From the NCBI GenBank assembly GCA_963976765.1, contig CAXBME010000001.1, positions 496,001 to 549,567 of the forward strand: a DNA stretch of 53,567 nucleotides, given 5' to 3'. Positions 38,092-48,751 of the stretch are shown in pieces (positions within the stretch are counted from its first letter, which is position 1; the number at the start of each line of letters is the position of its first letter). The stretch is from an uncultured Planctomycetaceae bacterium. Its GTDB lineage: Bacteria > Planctomycetota > Planctomycetia > Planctomycetales > Planctomycetaceae. Position numbers and translations under genes: made by a program. The notes under the pieces were generated by a model. It was not told the origin of the DNA. It did no database searches and saw only the letters and a list, made by a program, of their open reading frames with translations.

Positions 38092-41000
38092 ATGTTTGCT
38101 TCTCCAGTCAATCAGTCGACCGAGGTTTCGGCAACCGTTGATGACGAACAGGCTCCAACAGCGGAGATGCTGACTGTTGAGTTTTCAGGGACTGAACACG
38201 AGCCGATTCTATTGTCGCCAGGCAAGTGGAATGTCGGTTCAGGAATTGCCAATCAAATTGTGCTGGATCATGACGATATCGCTGCTCGCCAGTTCCTGAT
38301 CGTTGTGACGGAACACCGCTCGGTGATTCGAGATTGGTCGGCGAAGGCATTTTTGAATGGCAAAATGTTCGACAATGCCGTGCTGAATGATGGTGACGCT
38401 GTTGAAATTGCGAATGTCCGAATGTCGTTTCGGCTGGCGAAATCGCAGGATCTGATCTCTCAACTCCCATATGTCGCTGCCGCTCGTTGTCATGAAGAAG
38501 CTGGCATGACAGCTGATACTGATAATGAAACTGCCCGTTCAGAAACGCAGAATTCTGCACTCGTTACCGCTGATGGGATGCTCGCGTTTGACGACGGTGC
38601 CGATCGGTTAGACGAGTTAATCAGCAGGGTTGAGTCGTCCTGGGATCCTGATTCACCGGAAACTGCGAGCATCGACCATGATGCCGGCGATCTGCAAATC
38701 GAATCGCTGAATGCTCTGTCAAAGATTCAACTTGAGGCACCCCAATCAAATACTGCTGCAAATACCGTGGCTCTTCAGACTGTTGGTCAGTCTCTGGAGT
38801 TGCAGGCATCCGGTGTGGATGAAGAGTTGCGCCAGTTAGAAGAGTTGCGAGCGGCTGTGCAGATTGAACGTGAGCAACTTCTTGCGAAACGCGAGTTGTT
38901 CATTCGAGAGACGCAGCAGATCGAATCTCAGCTTGCAGAAGCCCGGCGGAGAAACGAATTCCATTCGGCGGTTGACCACGGGGTGGGATTCGATGATGAC
39001 GGAGTCGAGGACTCGGCACTGTATTCAGGTGAATTCGGGGTGTGCACAAACGGAGAGGCGATAACTCTTGCGGCCGAGCGAGAGAAGCTTCGTCACTATC
39101 TGGACGAGTTTGAATCGGTCGACGCGGAGTGTGGGCAACTTGAGGAAGTGGAAGTCGCCATTGGGGCTGCTCGGGCTGTGACCGATTACAGTGTGATGAA
39201 CGCGCTGAGGTCGCGCGAAGATGCTGTGAAGCAAATGGATGACCTGGTTCTTGCGGCGACAGGAGAACGTTCGAACCAGTCGGCACTGGCGTTGAACTCG
39301 TCGTTTGGCTCCGTCACGAATGACAGAACAAGCGAAAACTCAGGATGCTCTGGAAACTCAGCGTCGCTGGTGGGGGGCGAACCTGAATTTGCGGGGGACA
39401 GTGGCGAACAAGGTCGCGTAGAAGTGTCGGTCGAGTGTGATGATGTCCTGAAACTTGAAGTCTGCGATTTTGAAACCTCGATAGATCAACTAGGCGCATT
39501 GATCAACGAAGTCGAGCCGGAAACGGTTCTGGCAGGTGAACAAAATGGCGAGTCGGACACGTACGAACCAGAATCGTTGAGCGACGACTCTGCCGCAGAA
39601 GTTACGCAGGAGCTGGACGAGTCAGAGTGGGAAGACTCACCAGTGCCTGAAGATGCCGGGACGGATGAGTCTACGGACGAATTTGACTTATCCGCGCTGA
39701 CATCGAGAATCAAGGAAGAGTCTGACGGCCTGCTGGCGGAGCCAGGGCGAATACCGCAAGTTGAGTTTGAAAACTTTGACAGCAGTGCTCCGTCCTTCGA
39801 ATTCGATCGCGTCGAAGCTGAAGCTGGCACGCACGGAATTATTGAGTCGGACTTGCCCGAGTCGGACGACGACGAGTCGTTCACTCTGCAAAGTTCGGCT
39901 GTTGGCGGGATCAATGAATTCGAGCGGGAGCCGGTTGCTGAACCCGCGGACGAAGCTTCCTTTGCAGATCATTCCTTTGTGGCTGAGCCGGAAGTGAGTG
40001 AGAGCCTGTTGCCAAATCTCGATGCCAGTAGCGGCAACACGGAATTCGATAACGAAGTTACTGCTCCGGAATTCTGCCAGCTGGATGAAGAACGCCCATC
40101 CTGGTTCGACTCGAAGCTTATGACCGAAGCTGATTCAGTCGTCGAGGACAAAGCCGACGATGTTGAATTGACGGTCGACGACGCTGCGACGGAAGACGGA
40201 GCAAACGCCAGTGTCGACGCGTCCGCCACTGATCTGCGAAAGAAACTTGCAGAGATGTTTGATCTGCCAACGCTGTCCTCGCCGGTGAGCTTCGGCCCGT
40301 CAGACAGATCGTTTGAGGCGAGCATCCAGCAGAGTCCAGAAGAAGTCCCGGTTGACGAGTCGGCGGAAGTCCGTAGCGATGCAGCTGAAATGTCCTGGCC
40401 GGAGAAAGTCCACACCGCCGAGTGTTCGGAATCAGACTCGATTATGAGTCTTGATCCGACGACTGCCGCCGATACCGATTCGGGGGCGAAATTTGGATCT
40501 GAGACTCTGGACGAACATCCTTCGATAGTGCCTGACGAAGAAGAGCCTGCAAAGGCGACTGCATCGTCGTTTGAGCCGGCAGAGCAGGACGACGCGGAAG
40601 ATTCGATCAGTGCTTACATGGAAAGGCTGCTGGCGAGGAATCGACAGGTTACGGGTGGCAACTCAGTATCGACCGGAACCGGCAATAAGGTTCCGGCCGC
40701 ACCAGCGACTGCCGTTTCGAAGAAGGACTCGGCCTCACCTGAGATCCGTGTCGAAGCAGCCGCTGTTCCCGGCAGCAAGTCCGAAAGATGGCTCGAAGAA
40801 TCGCCACGACACCGTCAGAATCGTGACCAGGTACGGGCGGAGGTCCAGGTGCTCCGCCAGATTGCCAATCAGTCGGCCAGGTCGGCAGTGGCGACGGCAA
40901 GTCGACGTGATGTCAGGCGACAGATCATGGTCAAGACGACCGCTTCGATCCTGGCGTTAGGCTCTGGCGTGGCAGCATTGCTGCTTGACGTGTCGATGTT

Positions 41001-41163
41001 GTTCGGACTGGTTGTCCTTGGAATCGGATTGCTCTTCTCGCTCGATCTGACTCTGACAATCTTCCGAAACTGGAGGCAGCTACGAGACCTCAAGAAAGCT
41101 GCGGCGACACTGAAAGGCGAAGATTGCCGGAGTAACGTTGAGTCTTCGGCTGAGTCGGCGTAG
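38092..41163 (+). CDS. FHA-like domain protein with coiled coil, long acidic disordered region and C-terminal TM hairpin
   Basis: SD caggag before ATG 38092; FHA-like WNVGSG..FLNG..LNDGDAVEI; D/E-rich middle; two C-terminal hydrophobic helices. Confidence 0.82.
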   Translation: MFASPVNQSTEVSATVDDEQAPTAEMLTVEFSGTEHEPILLSPGKWNVGSGIANQIVLDHDDIAARQFLIVVTEHRSVIRDWSAKAFLNGKMFDNAVLNDGDAVEIANVRMSFRLAKSQDLISQLPYVAAARCHEEAGMTADTDNETARSETQNSALVTADGMLAFDDGADRLDELISRVESSWDPDSPETASIDHDAGDLQIESLNALSKIQLEAPQSNTAANTVALQTVGQSLELQASGVDEELRQLEELRAAVQIEREQLLAKRELFIRETQQIESQLAEARRRNEFHSAVDHGVGFDDDGVEDSALYSGEFGVCTNGEAITLAAEREKLRHYLDEFESVDAECGQLEEVEVAIGAARAVTDYSVMNALRSREDAVKQMDDLVLAATGERSNQSALALNSSFGSVTNDRTSENSGCSGNSASLVGGEPEFAGDSGEQGRVEVSVECDDVLKLEVCDFETSIDQLGALINEVEPETVLAGEQNGESDTYEPESLSDDSAAEVTQELDESEWEDSPVPEDAGTDESTDEFDLSALTSRIKEESDGLLAEPGRIPQVEFENFDSSAPSFEFDRVEAEAGTHGIIESDLPESDDDESFTLQSSAVGGINEFEREPVAEPADEASFADHSFVAEPEVSESLLPNLDASSGNTEFDNEVTAPEFCQLDEERPSWFDSKLMTEADSVVEDKADDVELTVDDAATEDGANASVDASATDLRKKLAEMFDLPTLSSPVSFGPSDRSFEASIQQSPEEVPVDESAEVRSDAAEMSWPEKVHTAECSESDSIMSLDPTTAADTDSGAKFGSETLDEHPSIVPDEEEPAKATASSFEPAEQDDAEDSISAYMERLLARNRQVTGGNSVSTGTGNKVPAAPATAVSKKDSASPEIRVEAAAVPGSKSERWLEESPRHRQNRDQVRAEVQVLRQIANQSARSAVATASRRDVRRQIMVKTTASILALGSGVAALLLDVSMLFGLVVLGIGLLFSLDLTLTIFRNWRQLRDLKKAAATLKGEDCRSNVESSAESA

Positions 41164-41202
41164 CGCGGCTGCTGCTTAAAATCCCCAACCGGCGATGCCG
41201 GG

Positions 41203-43599
41203 TTACCGGCTGGCGATGGCGGCTTTGAGCTGGTCCAGGCTGGCACTCATTGAAGACAGTTCGGTGACGGTCAGCGACTGATTTCCGTACCGCACTCGAT
41301 AAAACGTCGTCGCAATGTTGCTGGGTAGTTGAGCTAACTCAGCCGGCGACAATCTGCTGGCGAGTTGATTCTGCACGTCCGTGGCAAACTCAAGTGCCGT
41401 CTGCGAGGGACGCTTCACCAGGCCATGCTTCGCGAGGATTGATAGAAAGCGTTCGTAGAATTCGATACGAATTCGGTCCTCGCTGACGAACAGTCTGAGC
41501 AGCACGATTCGAATCTGCCGAATCAACCAGCGGATCAATCCGGCATCCTGCGGTCCGTACCTGCGCCAGAGGATTCTGAAGCCGAAAATCAGGATCATCA
41601 GGATCGCGGTCCCGATAAACGTTTCGATACTGAACCATTTTTTGGGGTCGGACAGGAACTCGGTCAACTTACTGCCTTTATCGCCGAGCGGTGACGATGC
41701 TGTCCTGGTTATGGCCTTCAGAGCGTCTCCAAGTGGCGCGTAGATCATGCTTTTCTGTTCGTCGATTGTGAGGCGAACGATTCGTTGCTCCCAGAAGCCC
41801 GCGAGTAATCCCTGAAGATTGGCAAGGATGCTTTGTTCCGCTCCAATCTCGGCGACGCTTTCGGCACGTTCGAATGGTGTCGGGTCGAACGTCTTCCATC
41901 GCCCGTCAACCCACGCTTCAACCCATGCGTGCGCGTGCCGTCCTTCTACAACGAACGCGCCCGAGAACCCGCTCAGTTGACCACCTTTAAAGCCACTGAC
42001 CAGTCGCGACGGGATGTCGACGGCTCGAAGCATCAAAGCCATTGCGGTAGCGGAATATTCGCAATGCCCCTGTTTTCGATTAAAGAGAAAATCTTCAACC
42101 GGATCGATCGCGGGATCGATGATCTCATTGTTGAGCGAGTACTTGTACCCGCCAGCGCTTTGCAGATGCTGCTCGATCTTCTGAGCGATGCGAACGTCCG
42201 GTGCGACCGACGACGTCTCAAACGGACTGACTGTCTCGGCGATCTGTCTGGAAAGTTGAATCAGTCGATCCAGTCCAGCAGGCAGTTTCAACAGCTCGGG
42301 CATCACCGTCTGGCGGGCACGGTATGCCGGTCCGCTGCGAGGTTCGTAAATGTAGGGGCGGTTTGATTTCTCTCGTGGCGTCCCGGCAAAGAGTATGTAC
42401 TCGAGTTTTTTTCTTTGGCTCGTGTCTTCGTCGCGGCGGAAGAGAATCGATGTGACGACGTCTATTGCTGGCTGAATGTGTTCTTCATTGCCGAACTCGG
42501 TTGCAAAGACCGGATGCATACCAAATAGAGTTTTGCTTGAACCGTCATGCACGATGTAGTGCTGGCGGATAAGTCGATCGTTGATTCGCCTTGGCGGAAC
42601 GAGTTCTGTCACATCCTGGCTTGCATCCAGAACATGCCATCGACCGTTTTCGTAACGCCCCATGACCGAACCACGGAACAGCGGCTCTTCGTAACCCAGT
42701 TCGCGTGCGACTTCTTCGACATCCAGCGACTTCATCGATTTCGCATTGAAGAATCGGACCTCAAGCACTCGTTCGTTGCTTTCGAGAATCTGGCCGATTT
42801 CGCCGAGTTGGACCTCGTTGGTAAACCCTGTGACTTTCCGAAAGCCTGGAGCTACTCGGTCGTCGAAGTCGTATTCTTTGCCCACCCACAAACGCGGTAT
42901 CAGAACAAAGAAGACCACGCCGACGCTGATCGACAGGATGGATGTCGCGACAACGCCGAGCACGAAACGGCGGTTAACCCATTGCTCGTCAGGATCCAGT
43001 TGAATGGCGCCACGGACTTCGTCTGGCTGTCGGAACTGGAAACTGTTGCCAGCGGAGTGGCTTTGCGATGGCGGGGCAGAAAGCGCGGCTGTCGATGCCT
43101 GCCCTGCCACTTCAAAGCCGTAGTGTGCCTGGTAGAGCGAAAAAACGGACAACGTCCACAGCGACAGAAACACGTAAAACAGCAGCATGACTCCGAAGAA
43201 CGGATCGTGAGAAAGAATCGCGCCGACAGCGACCTGCATGACTCCCAGCGCCATCAGCCACCAGTACTGGCGACCGTGTTTGTCCTGAAAGAGAGCGATC
43301 CATACCAGGTAGGACAGCAGGTGCGCTCCAGATAGCAGTCGACCTTCCGCCGCAAATCCAGCCTCGCTGAAACCGGCGACAAGTAATTCTGTCGCGGCGA
43401 CCAGAAACGCGACGACCCCGAGGATGTTCGCCCAGAATGTCCTGATCCGAATCCGTTGTTCACGCTCGTTAAAGAAGTACGCCAGAATGGCCAGTGGCAG
43501 AGTCAGACCGCTGGGAAACGGAATCTCTTCCGCGAATGCAATCATTCCGCCAGACAAGGCCGTCAGTGCGTAGATGCTGATCAGGAAAGGCCGATTCAT
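41203..43599 (-). CDS. Transglutaminase-like TgpA family membrane protein (DUF3488-TGase-DUF4129)
   Basis: N-terminal TMs, GHCEYSATAM (Cys), HAHAWVE (His), FDPTP (Asp), C-terminal FYRVRYG. Confidence 0.9.
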   Translation of the reverse strand: MNRPFLISIYALTALSGGMIAFAEEIPFPSGLTLPLAILAYFFNEREQRIRIRTFWANILGVVAFLVAATELLVAGFSEAGFAAEGRLLSGAHLLSYLVWIALFQDKHGRQYWWLMALGVMQVAVGAILSHDPFFGVMLLFYVFLSLWTLSVFSLYQAHYGFEVAGQASTAALSAPPSQSHSAGNSFQFRQPDEVRGAIQLDPDEQWVNRRFVLGVVATSILSISVGVVFFVLIPRLWVGKEYDFDDRVAPGFRKVTGFTNEVQLGEIGQILESNERVLEVRFFNAKSMKSLDVEEVARELGYEEPLFRGSVMGRYENGRWHVLDASQDVTELVPPRRINDRLIRQHYIVHDGSSKTLFGMHPVFATEFGNEEHIQPAIDVVTSILFRRDEDTSQRKKLEYILFAGTPREKSNRPYIYEPRSGPAYRARQTVMPELLKLPAGLDRLIQLSRQIAETVSPFETSSVAPDVRIAQKIEQHLQSAGGYKYSLNNEIIDPAIDPVEDFLFNRKQGHCEYSATAMALMLRAVDIPSRLVSGFKGGQLSGFSGAFVVEGRHAHAWVEAWVDGRWKTFDPTPFERAESVAEIGAEQSILANLQGLLAGFWEQRIVRLTIDEQKSMIYAPLGDALKAITRTASSPLGDKGSKLTEFLSDPKKWFSIETFIGTAILMILIFGFRILWRRYGPQDAGLIRWLIRQIRIVLLRLFVSEDRIRIEFYERFLSILAKHGLVKRPSQTALEFATDVQNQLASRLSPAELAQLPSNIATTFYRVRYGNQSLTVTELSSMSASLDQLKAAIASR

Positions 43600-45068
43600 A
43601 CTGAGGCGACCTCCGCATTTGTGGATGATATCGACTCGTTATGGGGCGGTGGCTTCGTGCTGGAGTCTGCCAGTGTGAACCACTGGCTGAGTTCTTCCTG
43701 GTTGGCCCGGACGATTTCCAGGTTCGGCAGGCCATCGTTCCCCAACAGTTTCGTGAGGTCTGTATCGTCGTCTCGAGTGGTGACAAGCACGCAGCGAACG
43801 AGCGAATTCATGGATTGAGCTGCTTCTGTCACGGCTTGGGCAAGTCCATCGGCCGGTCCGCCTTCTGCCAGAGCGAGTGTGTCCAGCAGCGATTCAACGG
43901 CCTGACCAACCGTCGTGTACCGGAGGGTCGTCGACTTTTGACCGCAGATCGACAGCACCTGTTCGACGCCACGGGTCTGCCGCAGATGGTCCAGACAGAT
44001 AGTTGCAGTGAAGCTGACCGCGAGTTCGACCCGTTCCGTGTCGGTTTCGGAAGGGCGCGGGGGTTGCCACAGATCAAGCAGTATGATCAGCCCTTGATCG
44101 CGGCTCTGGTGGAATTCCTGAACCATTAGCTCGTTCATTCTCGCGGAAGTTCTCCAGTGAACTTCACGAGGGCTGTCGCCAGGACGGAAGTTCCGTAAAT
44201 GATGAAACTCGTCATCGAACATTCCCTTCCGGGTCTGTTGCCGCTCGATCATCTCGGCAGCCAGTTGAGACTCTCGATACCAGCGCGAGCTGAGTGTGCC
44301 AATTGGCGGATAGACGAGCATCTCGCCGTGTTTGTCCGTGATAAAGCCGCGTTCTACCAGTCCGAGAGGAAACCGTGTTGAGACTTCGAGCGGGCCAAAC
44401 AGATACCGGCCGCGGCGGTTTAACCGAAGCTGGTAGCAGGCTGTTCGTTCGGCGCCGGGCTTCACGCTGGCAAACAGAACAGTCGGCTCCAGACCGACCT
44501 CGGTGGACGAGCCCAGCAATCCTCCGTCACTGGAACGACCGACGCGATCGCGAATGACCATCAACCAGGATGAGAACCAGAGTTTTCGATTCTGAAGCGT
44601 CACCTCAACCGAAATTGTTTCTCCAGACATCGCACGAGGGGGAACGATGCGGCCCACGTAATTTCGCCGGAGCAGCGAGAACGTGACCCACCCATTTACG
44701 ATGAACGGTCCGGCCATGATCGAAAAGACGAGCATCAGCATGTTCGACCGACCGATCAGCGATGCGACAAAGGCGACGATCATGATCAACAGGTACATCA
44801 TGCCCTCACGGGGAAGCATGACTCGGTTGCGGTTGAGTCGGCTGACTTTCGATCCGGCACGAGCAAACCGGCCAGCCACAAGACGGATGCCCCACAGAAT
44901 CAGGATGATGCCGATCAGGCGACCGATCACCCAGACGTAGAGGCTCCATTCGGCGGCGCGTTCGGCGAGTTGTGCAGTCGTGTAGAACATTCCTGCGCCC
45001 GCGAACAGGCTGAGAATGCCCAGCAACGGCATTGGCCGCGAGTGCGAAGAAGGATGTTTTGGGGACAT
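43596..45068 (-). CDS. DUF58 domain-containing membrane protein
   Basis: RRGRY.FGP..TRFPLGL, EFHHLRNFRPGDSPREVHWRTSAR; 4-bp overlap with the transglutaminase gene. Confidence 0.9.
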   Translation of the reverse strand: MSPKHPSSHSRPMPLLGILSLFAGAGMFYTTAQLAERAAEWSLYVWVIGRLIGIILILWGIRLVAGRFARAGSKVSRLNRNRVMLPREGMMYLLIMIVAFVASLIGRSNMLMLVFSIMAGPFIVNGWVTFSLLRRNYVGRIVPPRAMSGETISVEVTLQNRKLWFSSWLMVIRDRVGRSSDGGLLGSSTEVGLEPTVLFASVKPGAERTACYQLRLNRRGRYLFGPLEVSTRFPLGLVERGFITDKHGEMLVYPPIGTLSSRWYRESQLAAEMIERQQTRKGMFDDEFHHLRNFRPGDSPREVHWRTSARMNELMVQEFHQSRDQGLIILLDLWQPPRPSETDTERVELAVSFTATICLDHLRQTRGVEQVLSICGQKSTTLRYTTVGQAVESLLDTLALAEGGPADGLAQAVTEAAQSMNSLVRCVLVTTRDDDTDLTKLLGNDGLPNLEIVRANQEELSQWFTLADSSTKPPPHNESISSTNAEVASV

Positions 45069-45140
45069 GCAGAGACGCGCTGTCTGAAGTGATCGAAGTC
45101 CGACGGGAACCGCCGAAGCTGTTGAGGATCACCACAGAAT

Positions 45141-45159
45141 GATGCCTGAGTCAGGCATC
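45141..45159. promoter_or_regulatory. Perfect 9-bp palindrome, candidate operator
   Basis: gatgcctga-g-tcaggcatc, about 70 bp upstream of the DUF58 start; a 1-nt centre disfavours an RNA hairpin. Confidence 0.4.
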
Positions 45160-45232
45160 CGCAAGCTCTCTCCTGAGCCAGCACCGGCAGTTACTGGTTG
45201 AGACGCCACAGGCGTTATTGCGAAGCGAAAGC

Positions 45233-48200
45233 TTATCTGTTGTTCTCGCCACCGTTCTGATTGTTGTTGTCGCCGTTTTGCGGCTGACCTTTGGCGTTCT
45301 GATTCTTCGGCTGTTGAGGCGGCCTGGGCGCGAGCATGCCCTGCAATTTTTTCTGCAGTTCCCGCAGGTTAACCCGAGTGTTGACCTGTACGACCTTGAA
45401 TGACGAGTTGGGTTGAGCGGCGTCATCGAGCTGCTCAACAATCTGAGCAACGTTCGCCAGTAGTCCCTCCGTCGCTGAGATGATCAGAATATTTGCTGTC
45501 TCGTCGACTCCGATTGAAAGCAGGCCCTTGAAGCGAATGGGCTGTTCCTGATCTTCTCCGTCGCTGCCGCCTCCACCTCCGTAGATATAGGTGTAACTTC
45601 TTTCGGAAGGTCGATCTTCTTTTTTCTTGCCCTGTGCTTCCTGCAGAGCCTTGTCATTTTCGCTAAGCAGGTCGCGGTAGACTTCTTTGATCGCGTCCGC
45701 GATCACATTCGCTTTCGAGTAGCGAATCTTGAAGATCTGGGTCTTACGAATCGAGCGGGCTTCCGTTGACTGAGGCTTGTCGTAAATTTCGATCAGCTCT
45801 TCGATCATCCGTAACTGCTCATCGGACGCACCCTGCACGAGAATTGTGTGCGAGTCGCGATCGGAAATAATCTTCAGCGGCTTGCGTGCCGAAAGTCGGC
45901 GAGGACCACTGTCGTTCGAACTGCCTGGGTAAAAACCGTAGAACGGGCTGTACCGCATGCCCCCCTCATTTTTCTCTGAGGCGTCAATCTCTTCTTTAAA
46001 AATGTCTTTCAGGATGACCTCGATGCCGTACGCCCAGGTTTGCGGATACTTCAGCTCGATGACCTTCCAGTCACGTTTTGGGGGGGCATATTCATCGAGC
46101 ACTTCTTCGAGCAGATCCAGTGCGGCGGTATCGTCCGATTCGACGTACAACTCGCCCTTCGTACCAATTCGAATCTGAATGGGTGCCGGACCTGAAGTCG
46201 TTGAGGCAGTTTCGCCGCTTTCTGTTGAGGCTGGTCGACGATTGGCTTCCTGCTGCTTCGCGCGAATTCGCTCGACGAGTTTCCGCAACGCTTCATCCGC
46301 AGTGCTCGTGTCTGCTTCCGCACCGCTGGCCGTTGCTGGTGCTGTTTCTTCATCGGAAGAAGTCGCAGAGTCTTCAGAGTCGACGACTTGCGACTGGCTG
46401 GCCGTCACAAAGAGCGGCTGACTGCTGGTGCGAAACGGGTTTGGTTCGGGGCGGTGTGACCGTTGAGCGGTCGTGACCGGTTTGTCATTAACTGGTTTCT
46501 GAGCATCGTTTTTCTTCGGGGCCGGCTTGATCGGCTCCAGCACATCTGGCGAGATTGGACCGGTTGGAACGACCGTCTCTTTTTTAGGCTCGACAACAGG
46601 GGGAATAATTTTCAATTCGTTTGCACCGCGTGATGGCCAGACTTTCTGAAGCCGCTCGATGAGTAACATCGAGTCTTCAAGATCGCCGGTTTCGAAGATT
46701 CGCCGACGAGACGGATTACCGCCGGGCTGTGGCAGTTCTCCGAGTTTGATCAGCAGGTCCTGCACCTGCTCCAGTTCAAATTCCGAGCATCGCAACAGCA
46801 GCCGGTTATATTCAACGTCGGCGTCGATCGTGAACTTATCACTCGATTTCTTATCGTCGGATCGACTCGACCCGTACGGATTGAAGTAGTAGCTCCGTCG
46901 CGTGTCTTCTTTCTTTTCTTCCTCTTCGCCCATCATCAGTTTGATTGAGCCGGCCACGTATTCCGCGTCCAGTTTTCGAAGCGGAATGACGTGGAACTCT
47001 CGGCTGGTGCCGTCGATCTTTTCGAGCAACTGCTCGAGGATCAGGTGATCAATTTTTGAACCACTGACAATCACTGCTCCGCGCGTCTTGTCGGCTCGGA
47101 TCTGAGTTAGCGGGGACAGACCTCCAAGTTCCTGAACTGTCTCGATGAAGGCATCAGGATCAAAGTTTTCCAGGCGATAGACTTCGGTTCGCTGAATTGA
47201 ATCGAGAATCGACTGTGAACGAAGCGACTTTTGATCAAGCAACTCGATTGCGTCCGAGATTGTGGCAATCTTGTCAGCCGGACCGGTTACCAGCAGAACG
47301 TTTTCACGCGGCACGGGGACGATTTGAATCTTCTTTTCGTCTGCTCCGCCCCCGCCTTTTCCAGCGGCCTGTTGCATTTGTTTCTGCATCTGCTGCATCT
47401 GCTGTTGAATCTGCTGCATCTGTGACGACGACATCGGGGCACCTCCACTGGAAGGTGGTGGCTGTTCACCGAGCAGAGCGTAAAGCGGTCCGACGATGTC
47501 TTCTGCGCGAACATGCTGTAGAGCAAATTGCCAGACTCGCCGTTCGATTCCGTCGCCAGACTGTTCTTCGGTGAGGAGTTCCCGGATCTCCCGCAAGTTG
47601 ATGACCGAGTCAATCGCTTCCAGCCGATTTGTTTGAGTCAGCGGTAACAGTTTGCCGTTTGGGCTAAGCATCGGCTTCAGCTCTTCAGCGGCTTGTGCGG
47701 CGACAAGGGCGGTGAGTGTGAATGAAACTTTCACAAACTCGTAGTCACCACGTTGATCGAGTTCGGCGGCCGTGACCCGAGGTACCATCGCCGGGTTGAG
47801 CTTTTCGATTTTTTCGACAGTCATCAATTCATCACGAATCAGAATTGTGTAGCCGCGAGCGAGCAGGTGCCGATTGATGATGTTGCGAGCTTCTTCAACG
47901 GTGTACTCACGATGGGTCGAAAGGTTGAGGTAGCCACCTGGCAATTCCTGCCAGTCGAGACTCTTGCCGGAAACTTTTTTCAGCCAGCTGATCACGCCGG
48001 GCCACGGCTGCCCCTGAAAGTTCAGCCTCAGCATCCCCGCTTCGTTCGGCGTCGCATCCAGCTCGTCAGGATTTGCCGGTGTATCAGGTGTCATGGGCCG
48101 CGTGACGACGTCAGAGGTTTTGGCTTCGCCGTCTTTCTTTCCATCCTTTGAGTCACCCTTTTTGTCATCGGGCTTCGAGTTGCTCGACGAGGATGCTGGC

Positions 48201-48490
48201 TTAGCCGGTGACGAATTCGGCGGTGTCTGACTTGTGCTGACATTCGGGGTAGCGTTTCGCGACCGAATAATGACCTGCGTCGGTGCCGCTTCTGTATCGG
48301 CGGCCTCTACAGCCTCAGCGAACTGGGCATCAGCCACCGCCACGTCGACGAATAGTGCCGAAAGGGCGAGCAACCCGAACGTCAGGCGGGTTCGCCGACA
48401 TATCGCGTGGAGTCGGGAGATCGGTCTGGTCGAACCCTGAATTGACCTGGCCGGATTCTGGTCAACATCAAGCAGCGTCTTAATTCGCAT
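45233..48490 (-). CDS. Secretin N-terminal domain repeat protein (GspD-like N domains, no evident C-terminal secretin barrel)
   Basis: Signal peptide, LRLNFQGQPW (N0-like), and N-repeat signatures ENVLLVTG..I..LD, YNRLLLR, SHTILVQG, ANILIISA..VEQLD. Start uncertain (48490, 48553 or 48604). Confidence 0.8.
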   Translation of the reverse strand: MRIKTLLDVDQNPARSIQGSTRPISRLHAICRRTRLTFGLLALSALFVDVAVADAQFAEAVEAADTEAAPTQVIIRSRNATPNVSTSQTPPNSSPAKPASSSSNSKPDDKKGDSKDGKKDGEAKTSDVVTRPMTPDTPANPDELDATPNEAGMLRLNFQGQPWPGVISWLKKVSGKSLDWQELPGGYLNLSTHREYTVEEARNIINRHLLARGYTILIRDELMTVEKIEKLNPAMVPRVTAAELDQRGDYEFVKVSFTLTALVAAQAAEELKPMLSPNGKLLPLTQTNRLEAIDSVINLREIRELLTEEQSGDGIERRVWQFALQHVRAEDIVGPLYALLGEQPPPSSGGAPMSSSQMQQIQQQMQQMQKQMQQAAGKGGGGADEKKIQIVPVPRENVLLVTGPADKIATISDAIELLDQKSLRSQSILDSIQRTEVYRLENFDPDAFIETVQELGGLSPLTQIRADKTRGAVIVSGSKIDHLILEQLLEKIDGTSREFHVIPLRKLDAEYVAGSIKLMMGEEEEKKEDTRRSYYFNPYGSSRSDDKKSSDKFTIDADVEYNRLLLRCSEFELEQVQDLLIKLGELPQPGGNPSRRRIFETGDLEDSMLLIERLQKVWPSRGANELKIIPPVVEPKKETVVPTGPISPDVLEPIKPAPKKNDAQKPVNDKPVTTAQRSHRPEPNPFRTSSQPLFVTASQSQVVDSEDSATSSDEETAPATASGAEADTSTADEALRKLVERIRAKQQEANRRPASTESGETASTTSGPAPIQIRIGTKGELYVESDDTAALDLLEEVLDEYAPPKRDWKVIELKYPQTWAYGIEVILKDIFKEEIDASEKNEGGMRYSPFYGFYPGSSNDSGPRRLSARKPLKIISDRDSHTILVQGASDEQLRMIEELIEIYDKPQSTEARSIRKTQIFKIRYSKANVIADAIKEVYRDLLSENDKALQEAQGKKKEDRPSERSYTYIYGGGGGSDGEDQEQPIRFKGLLSIGVDETANILIISATEGLLANVAQIVEQLDDAAQPNSSFKVVQVNTRVNLRELQKKLQGMLAPRPPQQPKNQNAKGQPQNGDNNNQNGGENNR

Positions 48491-48751
48491 AGCTGGTCCC
48501 GCAGGCTGTTTGAGAGTCGCAAAGTCTTCCACGCCGGCAGGCTGGTCGCTCATTATGCGGGGATCACGCAGGAATTCGCAACGACGTTTGCGATTCCGGA
48601 CCATTTATGACCGAGCCAATCCTGACTGATCGGTCTTTCAGGACATCGACTCACGAAACGACAGTGCCTCACGGGATAGAGCGTGAGGCACTACGGGGAA
48701 TCAGGATATTTGAGAGCTTCAGAGAAAACGTCTGCTCTCTGCACAGGCCAT

